A DNA stretch of 64,000 nucleotides, taken from assembly GCA_965228735.1 (NCBI GenBank), contig OZ245838.1, positions 2,688,001-2,752,000 on the forward strand, written 5' to 3'. Below, in pieces: positions 10,701 through 19,228 of this stretch. A program made the position numbers and the translations under genes. How positions within the stretch are numbered: position 1 is the stretch's first letter; every line of letters starts with the position of its first letter. Below the pieces are notes generated by a model. The model saw only the letters and a list, made by a program, of their open reading frames with translations. It was not told the DNA's origin and searched no databases. Source of the DNA: Planctomycetota bacterium (GTDB taxonomy: Bacteria > Planctomycetota > UBA1135 > UBA2386).

Positions 10701-11205
10701 TGATCGGCTGCAGCAGCGCCTTGCCACCCACATCGCGCAGCACCGTGCCGTTGACGCGGTTGCCGCCGACGAGCTGGACGATGTAGCGCCGACCGGGCTT
10801 GAAGCCGCCGTTGTCGAAGGTGTTGTTGGTCGGGAACCGCGGCACGAACTCGAGGCGCCGACCGGCCGTGTCGTCACCGGGCGAGGTGCCGATGCGGAAC
10901 GTGCCCGCGACGTTCTCCTGCAGCGCGTTGCCGAGCTGATCGAAGACCTGGAACGAGAACGTCGTGAGGTTGACGCTCGACAAATCGACCTGGTTGCTGA
11001 AGTCGATCCGGATCGGATCGTTCAGGAACAGCTGACCGTTCGTCTCGGGCTGCGTGCCGAGCACGACGAAGTCGCCGCCGGTCTTGATGCCAGCGGTGTC
11101 CGAGCCGCTGCTGGAACAACCGGCAGCGAGCAGGCCGAGGCCGGTGAGTGCGGCCAGCGCCAGGGACGAAGGAAGCGAGCGGATCAGTCGATTCATGACG
11201 TTCAC
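7762..11205 (-). CDS. Large predicted lipoprotein (~1145 aa) with Ig-like domains and a glycine-rich segment
   Basis: Signal ending AAGC; IRIDFSNQVDLSSV and VRLTFDQPINPAS Ig-like patterns; repeated GGGGG runs at about 9050-9850. Confidence 0.85.
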   Translation of the reverse strand: MNVMNRLIRSLPSSLALAALTGLGLLAAGCSSSGSDTAGIKTGGDFVVLGTQPETNGQLFLNDPIRIDFSNQVDLSSVNLTTFSFQVFDQLGNALQENVAGTFRIGTSPGDDTAGRRLEFVPRFPTNNTFDNGGFKPGRRYIVQLVGGNRVNGTVLRDVGGKALLQPISFTFTTAEGTSPSQLFRNTLPGGPRRTGLTVTPRAEDGSVILNRFGAPPVEVRLTFDQPINPASTNIPVAFDPNPLTRSTTNRGNIFLEYDDPEFGPNQWIPTEVELEANELASSTVLLRPVGVLPNNATIRVVVESSVADISGESNVSNAAYNRFFGTFATQAAYQQQFDALIADFEDGSQVDFTAAFGEPVGEVGPGFVRAGFAFEGSPTQVEYEPLSNAVLNTDFTTVIPTTGTPFNVSGGIFNFRRFRVPTGVTVSGRGTKPLVLLVSGKVQIDGNLLVEGGDGVKGTQIGTANFPKQGGFGACGGGTGGAGSPSRTERDNFGGTGNGPLEQPLGGGTGGTLACLAGCGRGSGGGGGALATQGDPAFPAQTVPAGSIPNPNQNPLPIFPQVNGTGGRGCNGDGGSNARQLDGGASGAAVFTDSRSDNNFWGAGLDIRRGLRIAGELSVPLGGGGGGGGGDLSYNNSCTTEDPNFSNDSTGGAGGGGGGVLVIKALDDIVISETGRISADGGAGGAGEVNGSSSAGGGGGGGAGGMVVLMSATGIKISTRGGNFAQNDYQFAISADGGVCETNLFGSPIVQNKYPGNGTPIQGSPPQFQFQRNYDDAPLGGFGGMGIVQLMAPPGPPAGEPMSNEDGSNTILDDKVDILEFGLPLTGSAKIDALGWRGFPNEIGQLVDDFNNPTPTVAGDIRPQPVLMPTPFAEQSRIRTKWLDTGRSARRPLMSVDNRPRGVLDPTNAGLEGPRYEFAGTNPADGYASFELVGDIAKVVYPAIGGQVDIIALDDADTYRGQPAYAVEAAPGAFGSVANLYSQYEAELIDDTGFVAGSFRILAHSDSRLRLATDSGPLPLEATKVQLRAKFFEFVTNGVEGLGATYPGSQPNSRVPVSNVRIGFAFHQNPADETSAVRYPAAANEYIYDLEDPQVIEDIRQLGATFVQLDILFDQRYRSVPTDNPPFLSPDTPRPALQFLRLPFRF

Positions 11206-11530
11206 GAGCAGTGCACGGAAGCCGGGGTCTGCGGTGGTCCGGTCTGGAGCACGACGGCAGGCGGGGTCACGTCCGCCGGGGTCGTCGCGCCGGCCCGGAC
11301 CTCCCCCGGGAGGGGGAGTCGTGGGAGAGGCTTCGCGGGAGAGGTTGTCTCGGAAAGTGTACCCCGACGAGGAGCCCGAAGCGCCGCACCGAGTCGCACG
11401 GACCGCACCTCTGAGGGGCGCGGGTCACGGCATCGGCTTGCTGTCTTCGTTGTCACCGGGGGGTCAGGGAGAGGGGAAGAGATCGGGAGTGGGACGAACC
11501 GCGGCGGGCCGGCCAGCCGGGGCCGCAGTT

Positions 11531-11596
11531 GCCGGGCCCGAGCGGGCCCGGCGCGTTCTCAACAGGTTTGCTGAGATCGGGTTTGCTGAGATCGGG
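11531..11596. repeat. GC hairpin (11531-11552) and 15-bp tandem duplication (11565-11594) downstream of the 11600-15505 gene
   Basis: GCCGGGCCCG-AG-CGGGCCCGGC; GGTTTGCTGAGATCG x2. Confidence 0.7.
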
Positions 11597-11599
11597 AAC

Positions 11600-14500
11600 T
11601 CACTGGGATTGGAAGCGCCACGTCAGCGCGAACGTCTCGATGACCGGCGCGACCGGCGGGCTCGCGTCGACGTTGTTGCTCGTCACGAAGCGCCAGTTCA
11701 CGTAGCGCACGTCGCGCGGCGTGAACGCTTCGTTCGGACCGGCGAACTGCAGCGTGTAGGTCGGGTCGACGAGCGTGTTCGGGTCCTCGACGTAGGTCGT
11801 GACGTTCTTGTTGTAGAAGTAGGTCCACCAGTCGCGGTTGCCGCGCTTGTCCCACTTGCGGATGTGGGCGTCGCCCGCGATGAACGGGTCGAGCGGGAAG
11901 CTGTCGGCGTCCGGCCTCATCTGCGCCTTCACGTCCCCGGTGAACGGGTTGGCCGGGTAGATCGACGTGTTGCCGTCGACCCAACCATCCCAGTACCACG
12001 GGCTCGGATCGACCACGCCCGCGCCGCGGAACTGCGGCACCAGCGACGTGCCGGCCGGCAGGTCGCTGAGCGGCGGATCGAACTCGAACGCGAAGGTCGG
12101 AACGATGTTCGCCGGCCGCGTGCTCGCGCCGTTGGCCAGGTAGAACGGGCCGAGCCGCGGATCGACGTAGCCCTCGGGCACGCGGTGCGGGTTGTTGAGG
12201 TCCACGAAGCCGTTCGTGATCACGCTCTGCCGCTTCAGCATGTCGATCATGATCCAGTAGAACGTGTTGTCGCGGGCCGCCGTCGTGCCGCCCGTCGGGG
12301 TGTAGCCACCCTGGGCGGTGTTCCAGCGGGTCTCACCCGGACCGACGCAGATCGGCCCCTGGCCGGACTGCAGCGCCGCGCGGCCGGAGGACAGCGCACG
12401 GAAGTACGGCGTCGGGCTCGACTGCACGGTCAGCGCGACCTGCCAGCCGTTGGTGCCGAGCGCGACGTAGCCGTTGCCGGCCGGCAGTTCGGACGAATCG
12501 CAGTAGGTCCAGAAGTCGGCGAGCAGCGGCAGCGCCACGGCGCCGGTCAGACCGCCCGTGAAGTTGTCGGTCTGCGTCGACGTCAGCTGGACGTTCGTCA
12601 GATCGTTCCAGAACGTGTTGGCGAACACCGTCGTCTCGACGCCCGGGTTGGCCGGATCCTCGCCGACCAGCCAGCGGCGGCCGATGCCGTTGTTGTAGGG
12701 CGACGCGATGTAGGGCGTGACGGACGAGCTCTGGCCCGTGTCGCGACCTTCGTCGCAGTCGAGACCCTGCTCCACCACCGTCTCGTCGCGGAAGACGAAG
12801 TACGGCTTCTGGAAGTCGGGCAGCGGCAGGAAGCGGTTGACGTTGTTGACCTCGTAGATCACGTCGGCCGGATCGATGACGAGCTGCGCGTCGACGTACG
12901 CCGGGTGCGGCGTCGGCTGGCTCTCGATGATCTGGCCCGTGCCGGACGGATCGGGGTTCCAGAGGAAGTTCTTCTGGAAGTTCGACTCGAGGCCCGAGTC
13001 CGGCAGCGACGGCAGCGAACTGAAGTCACCGACGCACGGCGCCGGGCGGTATTCACTGTGGCCGAGGAACAGGCTCACGCGGTCGAACTCGTCGTACTCG
13101 AGCACGGTGCCCGTGAACGGCGCCCAATACATCTGCTCGACGTCGAGGTTGAAGTCGAACGGGTCGGTGCGCGACAGGCTGAGGTCGACCTCGCGCCAGA
13201 GCGTCTGCAGGCGGCAGCCGTAGGGGTTCAGCGGGTTCTGGATGCCCTGCTGGAACACCGTGGTCGAGGAGTTGGCCGCGACCTGGGCTTCGTTGCTGAC
13301 CGTCTCCGGGCACCAGCGCAGGATCGAGCTCTGCGGCGCGACCGGCGCCTGGTTGAGGTTGTCCGCGACCTGGCGCGAGCGCGAGGTCGGGCGCGCCTGC
13401 AGGCGACCGTCGACGTAGATGAAGCCGCCGAACATGTCCTGCAGCGGGTAGGCGAGCGCGAAGCCACCGTTGCCCGGCTCGGGCACTTCCGCCGGCATGA
13501 AGTAGGACGGCTGCGCGTCCTCGTCGGCGCTCGCGAAGCGGCGGACGACGGAGACCGCGAGGTTGTCCTCGAAGAACGGCGTCGAGCCGTTGACGCGGGT
13601 GTCGACCGTGAACGGGATCACGACGTCGCCGCTGTTGAGCGCGGTCGCGCCCTGCAGGTCGAGCGCGTTGCCCGCGAGGTCCTGGATGCCGCCTTCAGTG
13701 GACGACGCGATCAGGTGCAGGAAGTAGCGGTAGTCCGCGCCGGCCGGCGCGTTCCGCATCGTGTTGTCGAGGTAGAACCCGGTCGACGGCTGCAGGCGCA
13801 GCGCGGTGCCGGAGTTGTCCTCGTCGAACACGCGCGCACCGACCAGGTAGGGCGTGCGGTACTTGGCCTCGTTGAACACGCTCGGCTCCATGCCGGCCGT
13901 GCCTTCGCGGTTCGGCAGCGTGTCGATGAAGTCCTGGATGCTCTCGTCGCTCGTGAGGTCACGCATCGCGAAGAAGAACGTGTCGGCCCACTTCACCGTC
14001 TCCATCGCGACGGGCTTGGTGAAGCGCACGACCGCGCCGGCGAACGGCGAGACGTTCTCGTTCGGCGCGCTCGGCGTGCCGTTGAGGTTGGGCAGCGGCT
14101 CCGGCGTGAACGACAGGAAGTTGCGCGGGTCGTCGCCGCTCCCCATGGGAGGAGCCCCGTCCCCGGCCCGGAACTCGGCGACGCAGACGGCGCGCGGCGC
14201 GTTCAGCACGAGCCACTGCTCGCGCTCCTGCGGGTTGGTCGGGAAGCCCGGCTGATTGCGCGGGTCGAGGCTCGACAGGTCGGGGATGTTGCGGATGCGC
14301 ACGCGCACGTGCTGCACCCCGGGCGCGCCCTGGTCGTCGATCGGGTCGACGACGACCTCGGACGTGCCGAACGGCACACCGGTGCTGTCGGGAATGATGC
14401 GGAACACGTCACCGCGATCGATCTCGTGCGCGACGCCGTTCTTGAAGACCGTGATCTCCTGCGTGAACGCATTGATGCGCTCGACGCGCTCGAGATACAT

Positions 14501-15505
14501 GACGATCTCGCCGATCACGCGCAGCGGCAGCGGATCGCGCACGAAGCCGTTCGACAGATCGGACGACTCGTCGTTGCGGTTGCCGGACCGGAAGTCGCGG
14601 ATGATCGAGTTGCGGCCGCTGTTGTTGAGGCCGGTGAGGCCGAGGCGCGGACGCAGGCTCGGGATCGCGAGCGGGCCCTCGAGGGCCAGCGCGACCCGGA
14701 TGTTGGCGCCGACCTGGTCGGGCGACTCGGGCAGGCCGGCCGCGTTGTTCTGGGTCTGGTACTGCAGGCCTTCGCTCCCCAGCAGAACCGGATCGAGGAT
14801 CAGTTGGCGACCGCGCGGCACGACGCGCGTCGCGAGCGGCCGCGTGCCGCCGGGCTGCTCCGGATCGCCCGCGATCGCGAGCAGCTGCACGGCTTCGGTG
14901 TTGCGCAGGCCCGTGATCTGGCCCTGCGCGTTGCGATCGACGAAGAAGCTCTCGTCGACCCCGAGCTCCGCGGAGAACGTCAGGCGCAGCGCCGCGTTGC
15001 GCGGCACCACCGAGAACGGCAGGCCCGGCCCGTTGGTCGCGTAGCGCATCGGCGCGACCTCGCGCAGTTCGACGTCGAGGTCGTCGAAGGCCGCGGCAAA
15101 CTCCTCGCTGGCCATGTTGCGGGGGATGAACAGGCGCGGCTGCAGCGTGTCGGGATCGGCGCCGATGAAGTCGTAGAGCACTTCGTCGTCGCGCTTGATC
15201 TCGTTCGTGCCGCGCTCGTCCCGGATGTCGGAGCCGATCAGCACGTCGCGCCGGAAGAGCTCCGGCGTGCTGCCTTCGGCCGTGACGCGCAGACCGTAGA
15301 CGTCGACGAGACGACCGAACTCGATCCGCAGCAGCTCGGGCTGCACGGTCGTCGGGGTCACCCCGCCGGTAGCATCATTGCTGCCACTGCACGCTGCGAA
15401 GAACGCGACGCCGGTCAGCGCTGCAACTCGCAGTGCTGCCGCTGACGCGGAACCCGTCGACCGGGCGGTCATGCGAGGGGAACGACCTGAGGAAAAGTCT
15501 GCCAT
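11600..15505 (-). CDS. Very large predicted lipoprotein (~1300 aa) with Ig-like domains; paralog of 3436-7467
   Basis: Signal ending FAAC; conserved blocks shared with 3436-7467; strong GC3 codon bias on the minus strand. Confidence 0.85.
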   Translation of the reverse strand: MADFSSGRSPRMTARSTGSASAAALRVAALTGVAFFAACSGSNDATGGVTPTTVQPELLRIEFGRLVDVYGLRVTAEGSTPELFRRDVLIGSDIRDERGTNEIKRDDEVLYDFIGADPDTLQPRLFIPRNMASEEFAAAFDDLDVELREVAPMRYATNGPGLPFSVVPRNAALRLTFSAELGVDESFFVDRNAQGQITGLRNTEAVQLLAIAGDPEQPGGTRPLATRVVPRGRQLILDPVLLGSEGLQYQTQNNAAGLPESPDQVGANIRVALALEGPLAIPSLRPRLGLTGLNNSGRNSIIRDFRSGNRNDESSDLSNGFVRDPLPLRVIGEIVMYLERVERINAFTQEITVFKNGVAHEIDRGDVFRIIPDSTGVPFGTSEVVVDPIDDQGAPGVQHVRVRIRNIPDLSSLDPRNQPGFPTNPQEREQWLVLNAPRAVCVAEFRAGDGAPPMGSGDDPRNFLSFTPEPLPNLNGTPSAPNENVSPFAGAVVRFTKPVAMETVKWADTFFFAMRDLTSDESIQDFIDTLPNREGTAGMEPSVFNEAKYRTPYLVGARVFDEDNSGTALRLQPSTGFYLDNTMRNAPAGADYRYFLHLIASSTEGGIQDLAGNALDLQGATALNSGDVVIPFTVDTRVNGSTPFFEDNLAVSVVRRFASADEDAQPSYFMPAEVPEPGNGGFALAYPLQDMFGGFIYVDGRLQARPTSRSRQVADNLNQAPVAPQSSILRWCPETVSNEAQVAANSSTTVFQQGIQNPLNPYGCRLQTLWREVDLSLSRTDPFDFNLDVEQMYWAPFTGTVLEYDEFDRVSLFLGHSEYRPAPCVGDFSSLPSLPDSGLESNFQKNFLWNPDPSGTGQIIESQPTPHPAYVDAQLVIDPADVIYEVNNVNRFLPLPDFQKPYFVFRDETVVEQGLDCDEGRDTGQSSSVTPYIASPYNNGIGRRWLVGEDPANPGVETTVFANTFWNDLTNVQLTSTQTDNFTGGLTGAVALPLLADFWTYCDSSELPAGNGYVALGTNGWQVALTVQSSPTPYFRALSSGRAALQSGQGPICVGPGETRWNTAQGGYTPTGGTTAARDNTFYWIMIDMLKRQSVITNGFVDLNNPHRVPEGYVDPRLGPFYLANGASTRPANIVPTFAFEFDPPLSDLPAGTSLVPQFRGAGVVDPSPWYWDGWVDGNTSIYPANPFTGDVKAQMRPDADSFPLDPFIAGDAHIRKWDKRGNRDWWTYFYNKNVTTYVEDPNTLVDPTYTLQFAGPNEAFTPRDVRYVNWRFVTSNNVDASPPVAPVIETFALTWRFQSQ

Positions 15506-15782
15506 GTTTCAGTTGGACGTGGAGACGACGCTCGCGAGGAGCGATGCGGGAGTGCCGAACGCGACACCGGAGGTGCCGGAACGGCGCCGCACGAGCGACG
15601 TCTTGACGGACGCAAGAATCGGCCGGATCGCAGCTTGCCGTGCAGACCGGGCGCGAGCGCAACGGGAGAGCACGGGATACCAGACCAGAGCCATGGGGAT
15701 GTTACAACGACTGGGACGGAATGCCGGAGCCGAGGTCACGGGAAGCTCCGAACCGGAATCGTCCGGCAGAGGGGTATCAAAC

Positions 15783-15846
15783 ATCATGCCGCCCGACGAC
15801 CCCTTGGCAAGAACCCCTAAGCCGCTTTTTTGCACCAGCTTAGGGG
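15783..15846 (-). promoter_or_regulatory. Putative sigma70-type promoter (TTGCCA-N16-CATGAT) with an adjacent upstream inverted repeat
   Basis: -35 at 15805-15810 and -10 at 15783-15788 (minus strand); CCCCTAAGC (15814-15822) / GCTTAGGGG (15838-15846). Confidence 0.35.
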
Positions 15847-16024
15847 GTGCCACCCGGGCACCGAAACGGCCGCCCGAGGGGCGTTTCGCGCTGTTTGCCG
15901 TGCGATTCCGCGCGATTCCGCTCGCCACGGTCGACCGCGGATCGCGCGAGTGTGCGACTTCGGGACAACCCGCACCCCCCGCCCCCGGCCGTCGGTCACC
16001 CCGCACCGATTTCGGCGCGATCGG

Positions 16025-17365
16025 TCAATCGACGCTCGCGAACCCGGCGGCCTCGGCCTGCGCCTCGGTCTCGAAGTAGATTCGGCGCTTGGCCGGGATC
16101 TTGTTCGCCGGACCGATGCCGTACGGGTGGAACACGCGCGCCTTGGTGTCGCCGACGAACCGCACGGTGAGTTCGCGTTCGCAGTAGGCGCAGCACAGGA
16201 CCCCGAACGGCTCTTCCGCGCGCAGCCGGAAGTCGCGCACGAGGTAGCGCACGCCTTCGCCGTTGGTGATGCAGCGCTCGTTCTGACAGCGCAGCACGCT
16301 GCCGGCATCGATCCCGCCGTGCGATGCCATGTGCTCGGGCGGCGCCGCGCGCAGCTGGATGCGGCCGAGCAGGAACGCCATGAGCGCCATGCGCATCGGC
16401 ACGCCGAGCTCCGCCTGCCGGAAGTAGATCGAGCGCGGATCGTCATCGACCTCGTAGTCGATCTCGTCGACGCGCGGCAGCGGATGCATGATGCTCGCGT
16501 CGCGCGCCGCGGCCGCACCGAGCGTGCTGCGCGTCAGCCGCGGATAGTCGGCCGTGTCCTCACCGGCATGGCGCTCCCGCTGCGCGCGCGTCATGTAGAT
16601 CGCGTCGATGCGATGGACCTCGACGTTCGTCAGCTTGGTGAACAACGCGAGCTGGTGCGGCTTGCTGGCCGTGAGATAGGCCGCCGAGTTCTTCGCCGAC
16701 GCGATGCCCGGCAGATCGTCCATCGTCGCGGTCGCGGCCTGCACGCCGAAGTCGCGATGCAGGCGCGTGAGCACGTAGTCCGGCAGTTCGAAGCCCGGGT
16801 ACGGCGTCGTCACGATGTTGGCGCCGAACCGCGCAAGCGCGTAGCAGAACGAGTGGATCGTGCGCGAGTAGCGCAGATCGCCGCAGAGCACCACCTCGAG
16901 GCCCTCGAGCCGCCCCTTCTCCTTCCACAGCGTGTAGAGGTCGCACAGCGTCTGCGTCGGATGCTCGTGGGCGCCGTCGCCGCCGTTGATGACGGGGACC
17001 CGGGCATAGCGCGACGCGACCCGCGCCGCGCCGTCCTGCGGATGTCGCACCACGAGGATGTCGGCGTAGCTGCCCCCCACCACGCGCACCGTGTCGGCGA
17101 GCGATTCGCCCTTCGCCGAACTCGTGCTCTCCGTGTCCGCCGCCGTGATCACGCCGCCGCCGAGCCGCAGCATCGCGGACTCGAAGCTCAGCCGGGTGCG
17201 CGTGCTCGGCTCGAAGAACAGCGTCGCCATGATCGCGCCGCGACACAGGTCCGACCAGTCGTGCAGGTTCTGTCGGAATTCCTCGGCGTGATGGAAGAGC
17301 TCGAGGATCTCGGCCGTGCTCAGATCCTCGATCGATACGAGGTCACGCTTCGCTACGTCGGTCAA
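16025..17365 (-). CDS. pyrB: Aspartate carbamoyltransferase catalytic chain fused to a PyrI-like Zn domain and an extra C-terminal domain
   Basis: FFEPSTRTRLSFE, KGESLADT, INGGDGAHEHPTQ, MHPLPR; C-terminal CQNERCIT...CAYCE; TTG start. Confidence 0.93.
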   Translation of the reverse strand: MTDVAKRDLVSIEDLSTAEILELFHHAEEFRQNLHDWSDLCRGAIMATLFFEPSTRTRLSFESAMLRLGGGVITAADTESTSSAKGESLADTVRVVGGSYADILVVRHPQDGAARVASRYARVPVINGGDGAHEHPTQTLCDLYTLWKEKGRLEGLEVVLCGDLRYSRTIHSFCYALARFGANIVTTPYPGFELPDYVLTRLHRDFGVQAATATMDDLPGIASAKNSAAYLTASKPHQLALFTKLTNVEVHRIDAIYMTRAQRERHAGEDTADYPRLTRSTLGAAAARDASIMHPLPRVDEIDYEVDDDPRSIYFRQAELGVPMRMALMAFLLGRIQLRAAPPEHMASHGGIDAGSVLRCQNERCITNGEGVRYLVRDFRLRAEEPFGVLCCAYCERELTVRFVGDTKARVFHPYGIGPANKIPAKRRIYFETEAQAEAAGFASVD

Positions 17366-17388
17366 ACTGAGACGAGAGCATACCGGGG

Positions 17389-17505
17389 ATGGCGGTACCG
17401 AACCCGCTTCAAATCCGCCACCGGCAACTCGGCGGGAGAGCCGATGGGTTGCGGAACCGGGCCGGCGGCGCCGTGGCGAATACGAAGCGGGTTCGGTACT
17501 GCCAC
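17389..17505. repeat. REP/REPIN-like palindromic element, intron-free copy
   Basis: 33-bp imperfect inverted arms (17389-17421 / 17473-17505) around a 51-bp spacer; left arm identical to 46240-46272. Confidence 0.85.
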
Positions 17506-17509
17506 CTCG

Positions 17510-18499
17510 TCACGGCAACGCTGCGGGCCCGCCGACCGGGCCCGCGGGCGGCAGTTCGCGCCGCTCGCGCAGGACCTCGCCGAAGCGCTCGCGCAGCGTC
17601 GCGGGATCGTCGGCCGTCGCGGTGATCGCCAGATCGCGCGGCACGTCCGCCGGCCAGTCGGCGGCCGGCAGGTCGGCCTTGTTGGCCACGACGAGCACGT
17701 TCGCAGCACGCGTCGCTGCCGCGAAGATGGTGCGATCGGCCGCGGTCGGGCCGACGCTCGCATCGATGACGAGCAGGACGATCGCACCCGCCCGCAGCTG
17801 CTGCCCACGCGCGATCGCGGCGCGGTCGACGGCCGAGCCGGCGGCCCCCTCGCCCGCCGTGTCGACGAGCCGGTACGGGTAGCCGGCCAGCGTCGTCACC
17901 TCGTCCACGGGGTCGCGCGTCAGGCCGGGCAGCGGCCCGGTGAGCGCCCGTTCGCGGAACAGCAGCCGGTTGAACAGCGTCGACTTGCCCGCGTTCTGCG
18001 CGCCGGCGAGCACCAGCCGACCCGGCTCGACGTGGGCCCGGGCGATGCGGCTGCGGCGGTCGAACTCCGGGTCCACGCCAGCCGCCGGCGGGGCGCCGTG
18101 CGCGTCGCGCTCGTAATCGAGCTGCTCGAGCGCGAGGTCGAGTTGGGCTTTTGACAACGCCGCCCGCATCAGCCGCGTCGCCGGCGACCCGGGGTCGGCG
18201 GGCACTTCCCCGAACCGTTCGCGCAGCGCGTCGACCACGGCCATCGAGCCGTGCAGGTGCAGTTCGATGCTGCCCGCGCCAGAGCGCCCGCTGCGATCGA
18301 CGACGAGCACCTCGTCGATCGGGTCGTGGTCGAGCACGAGCGCGGCGAGTCGCGGCCGGGCGCGCTCGCCGTCGCCGGCACCGAAGGCGAACGGTCGCCC
18401 CGACGGCGTGCGCAACACCGCGCCCACGGCATCCCGTTCGCTCGCCGCGAACGCGACCACCGCGACGCCGGCGACTCCGGGCGGGGTCAGGACCCGCAT
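17510..18499 (-). CDS. MnmE/TrmE-like GTPase, short form
   Basis: LTPPGVAGVAVV and ELHLHGS N-terminal TrmE-like motifs; G1 GAQNAGKS, G2 GLTRD, G3 DTAG, G4 NKAD; start ATG 18499. Confidence 0.8.
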   Translation of the reverse strand: MRVLTPPGVAGVAVVAFAASERDAVGAVLRTPSGRPFAFGAGDGERARPRLAALVLDHDPIDEVLVVDRSGRSGAGSIELHLHGSMAVVDALRERFGEVPADPGSPATRLMRAALSKAQLDLALEQLDYERDAHGAPPAAGVDPEFDRRSRIARAHVEPGRLVLAGAQNAGKSTLFNRLLFRERALTGPLPGLTRDPVDEVTTLAGYPYRLVDTAGEGAAGSAVDRAAIARGQQLRAGAIVLLVIDASVGPTAADRTIFAAATRAANVLVVANKADLPAADWPADVPRDLAITATADDPATLRERFGEVLRERRELPPAGPVGGPAALP

Positions 18500-19218
18500 G
18501 AATCGAGCTCCGTCAGCCCGCGGTGCACGAGGTCGGGAACATGAATCGCGCGCAGGCGCGAGTGGCGCCGGAGCCGTTCGGCATTGCCGCCCGTGAGCAC
18601 GACGGTGGCCGGCCCGCCCGCCGCGCGCTGCGTGTCGGCGACGAGACGCTCGACGAGGCCGGCGTAGCCGAGCAGCACGCCCGCCGTGATCGCCGCGTCG
18701 GTCGCGCCGCCGGGCACTTCGGGGTCGCCGTCGAGGTCGGCCGCGGGCAGCGCCGGGGTCACCGCCGCCATCCCGGCGACGAACGCGCGCAGCCCCGGGC
18801 CGATCGCGCCGCCGCAGAACGTGCCGTCCGCCTCGATCAGGTTCACCGTCGTCGCCGAACCGCAGTCGACGGTGATCGCGCGACCGTGCGCGCGATGCGC
18901 CGCGAGCGCGCCGAGCCAGCGGTCCGGGCCGAGGGTCGAAGGCGTGCGGTAGCGCAGCGGCAGCGGACACGCGACGTCGCGCCCGACGAGCCGGAGCGGC
19001 AACCTGGCCGCCGCAGCCACCGCGTCGAGCACGGCAGCCGTGCGTTCGACCACCGTCACGGCGATCACGCGATCCGCGCCGTGCTCGCCAGCGAACGCGG
19101 CGATCCGGGGCCTCACGTCCGCGGCCTCGACGTCGAGACCGAGCGCGTGCGCGCCGAGCCGGCAGCTGATCGTGCTGTTGCCGCCGTCGATCGTCAGCAG
19201 ACCCGCGCGCGCTGCCAC
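18487..19218 (-). CDS. coaX: Type III pantothenate kinase
   Basis: IDGGNS, LGPDR, VDCGSATT, GGAIGPG and VLTGG motifs. Confidence 0.93.
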   Translation of the reverse strand: MAARAGLLTIDGGNSTISCRLGAHALGLDVEAADVRPRIAAFAGEHGADRVIAVTVVERTAAVLDAVAAAARLPLRLVGRDVACPLPLRYRTPSTLGPDRWLGALAAHRAHGRAITVDCGSATTVNLIEADGTFCGGAIGPGLRAFVAGMAAVTPALPAADLDGDPEVPGGATDAAITAGVLLGYAGLVERLVADTQRAAGGPATVVLTGGNAERLRRHSRLRAIHVPDLVHRGLTELDSCGS

Positions 19219-19228
19219 GGCCGGGTCG

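Noticed and set aside
2416..15445. Very long plus-strand ORFs (2416-7686, 8191-11574, 11054-15445)
   Set aside because: Antisense shadows of high-GC3 minus-strand genes; Arg/Ala/Val-rich with no motifs, while the minus frames have signal peptides and paralogous blocks.
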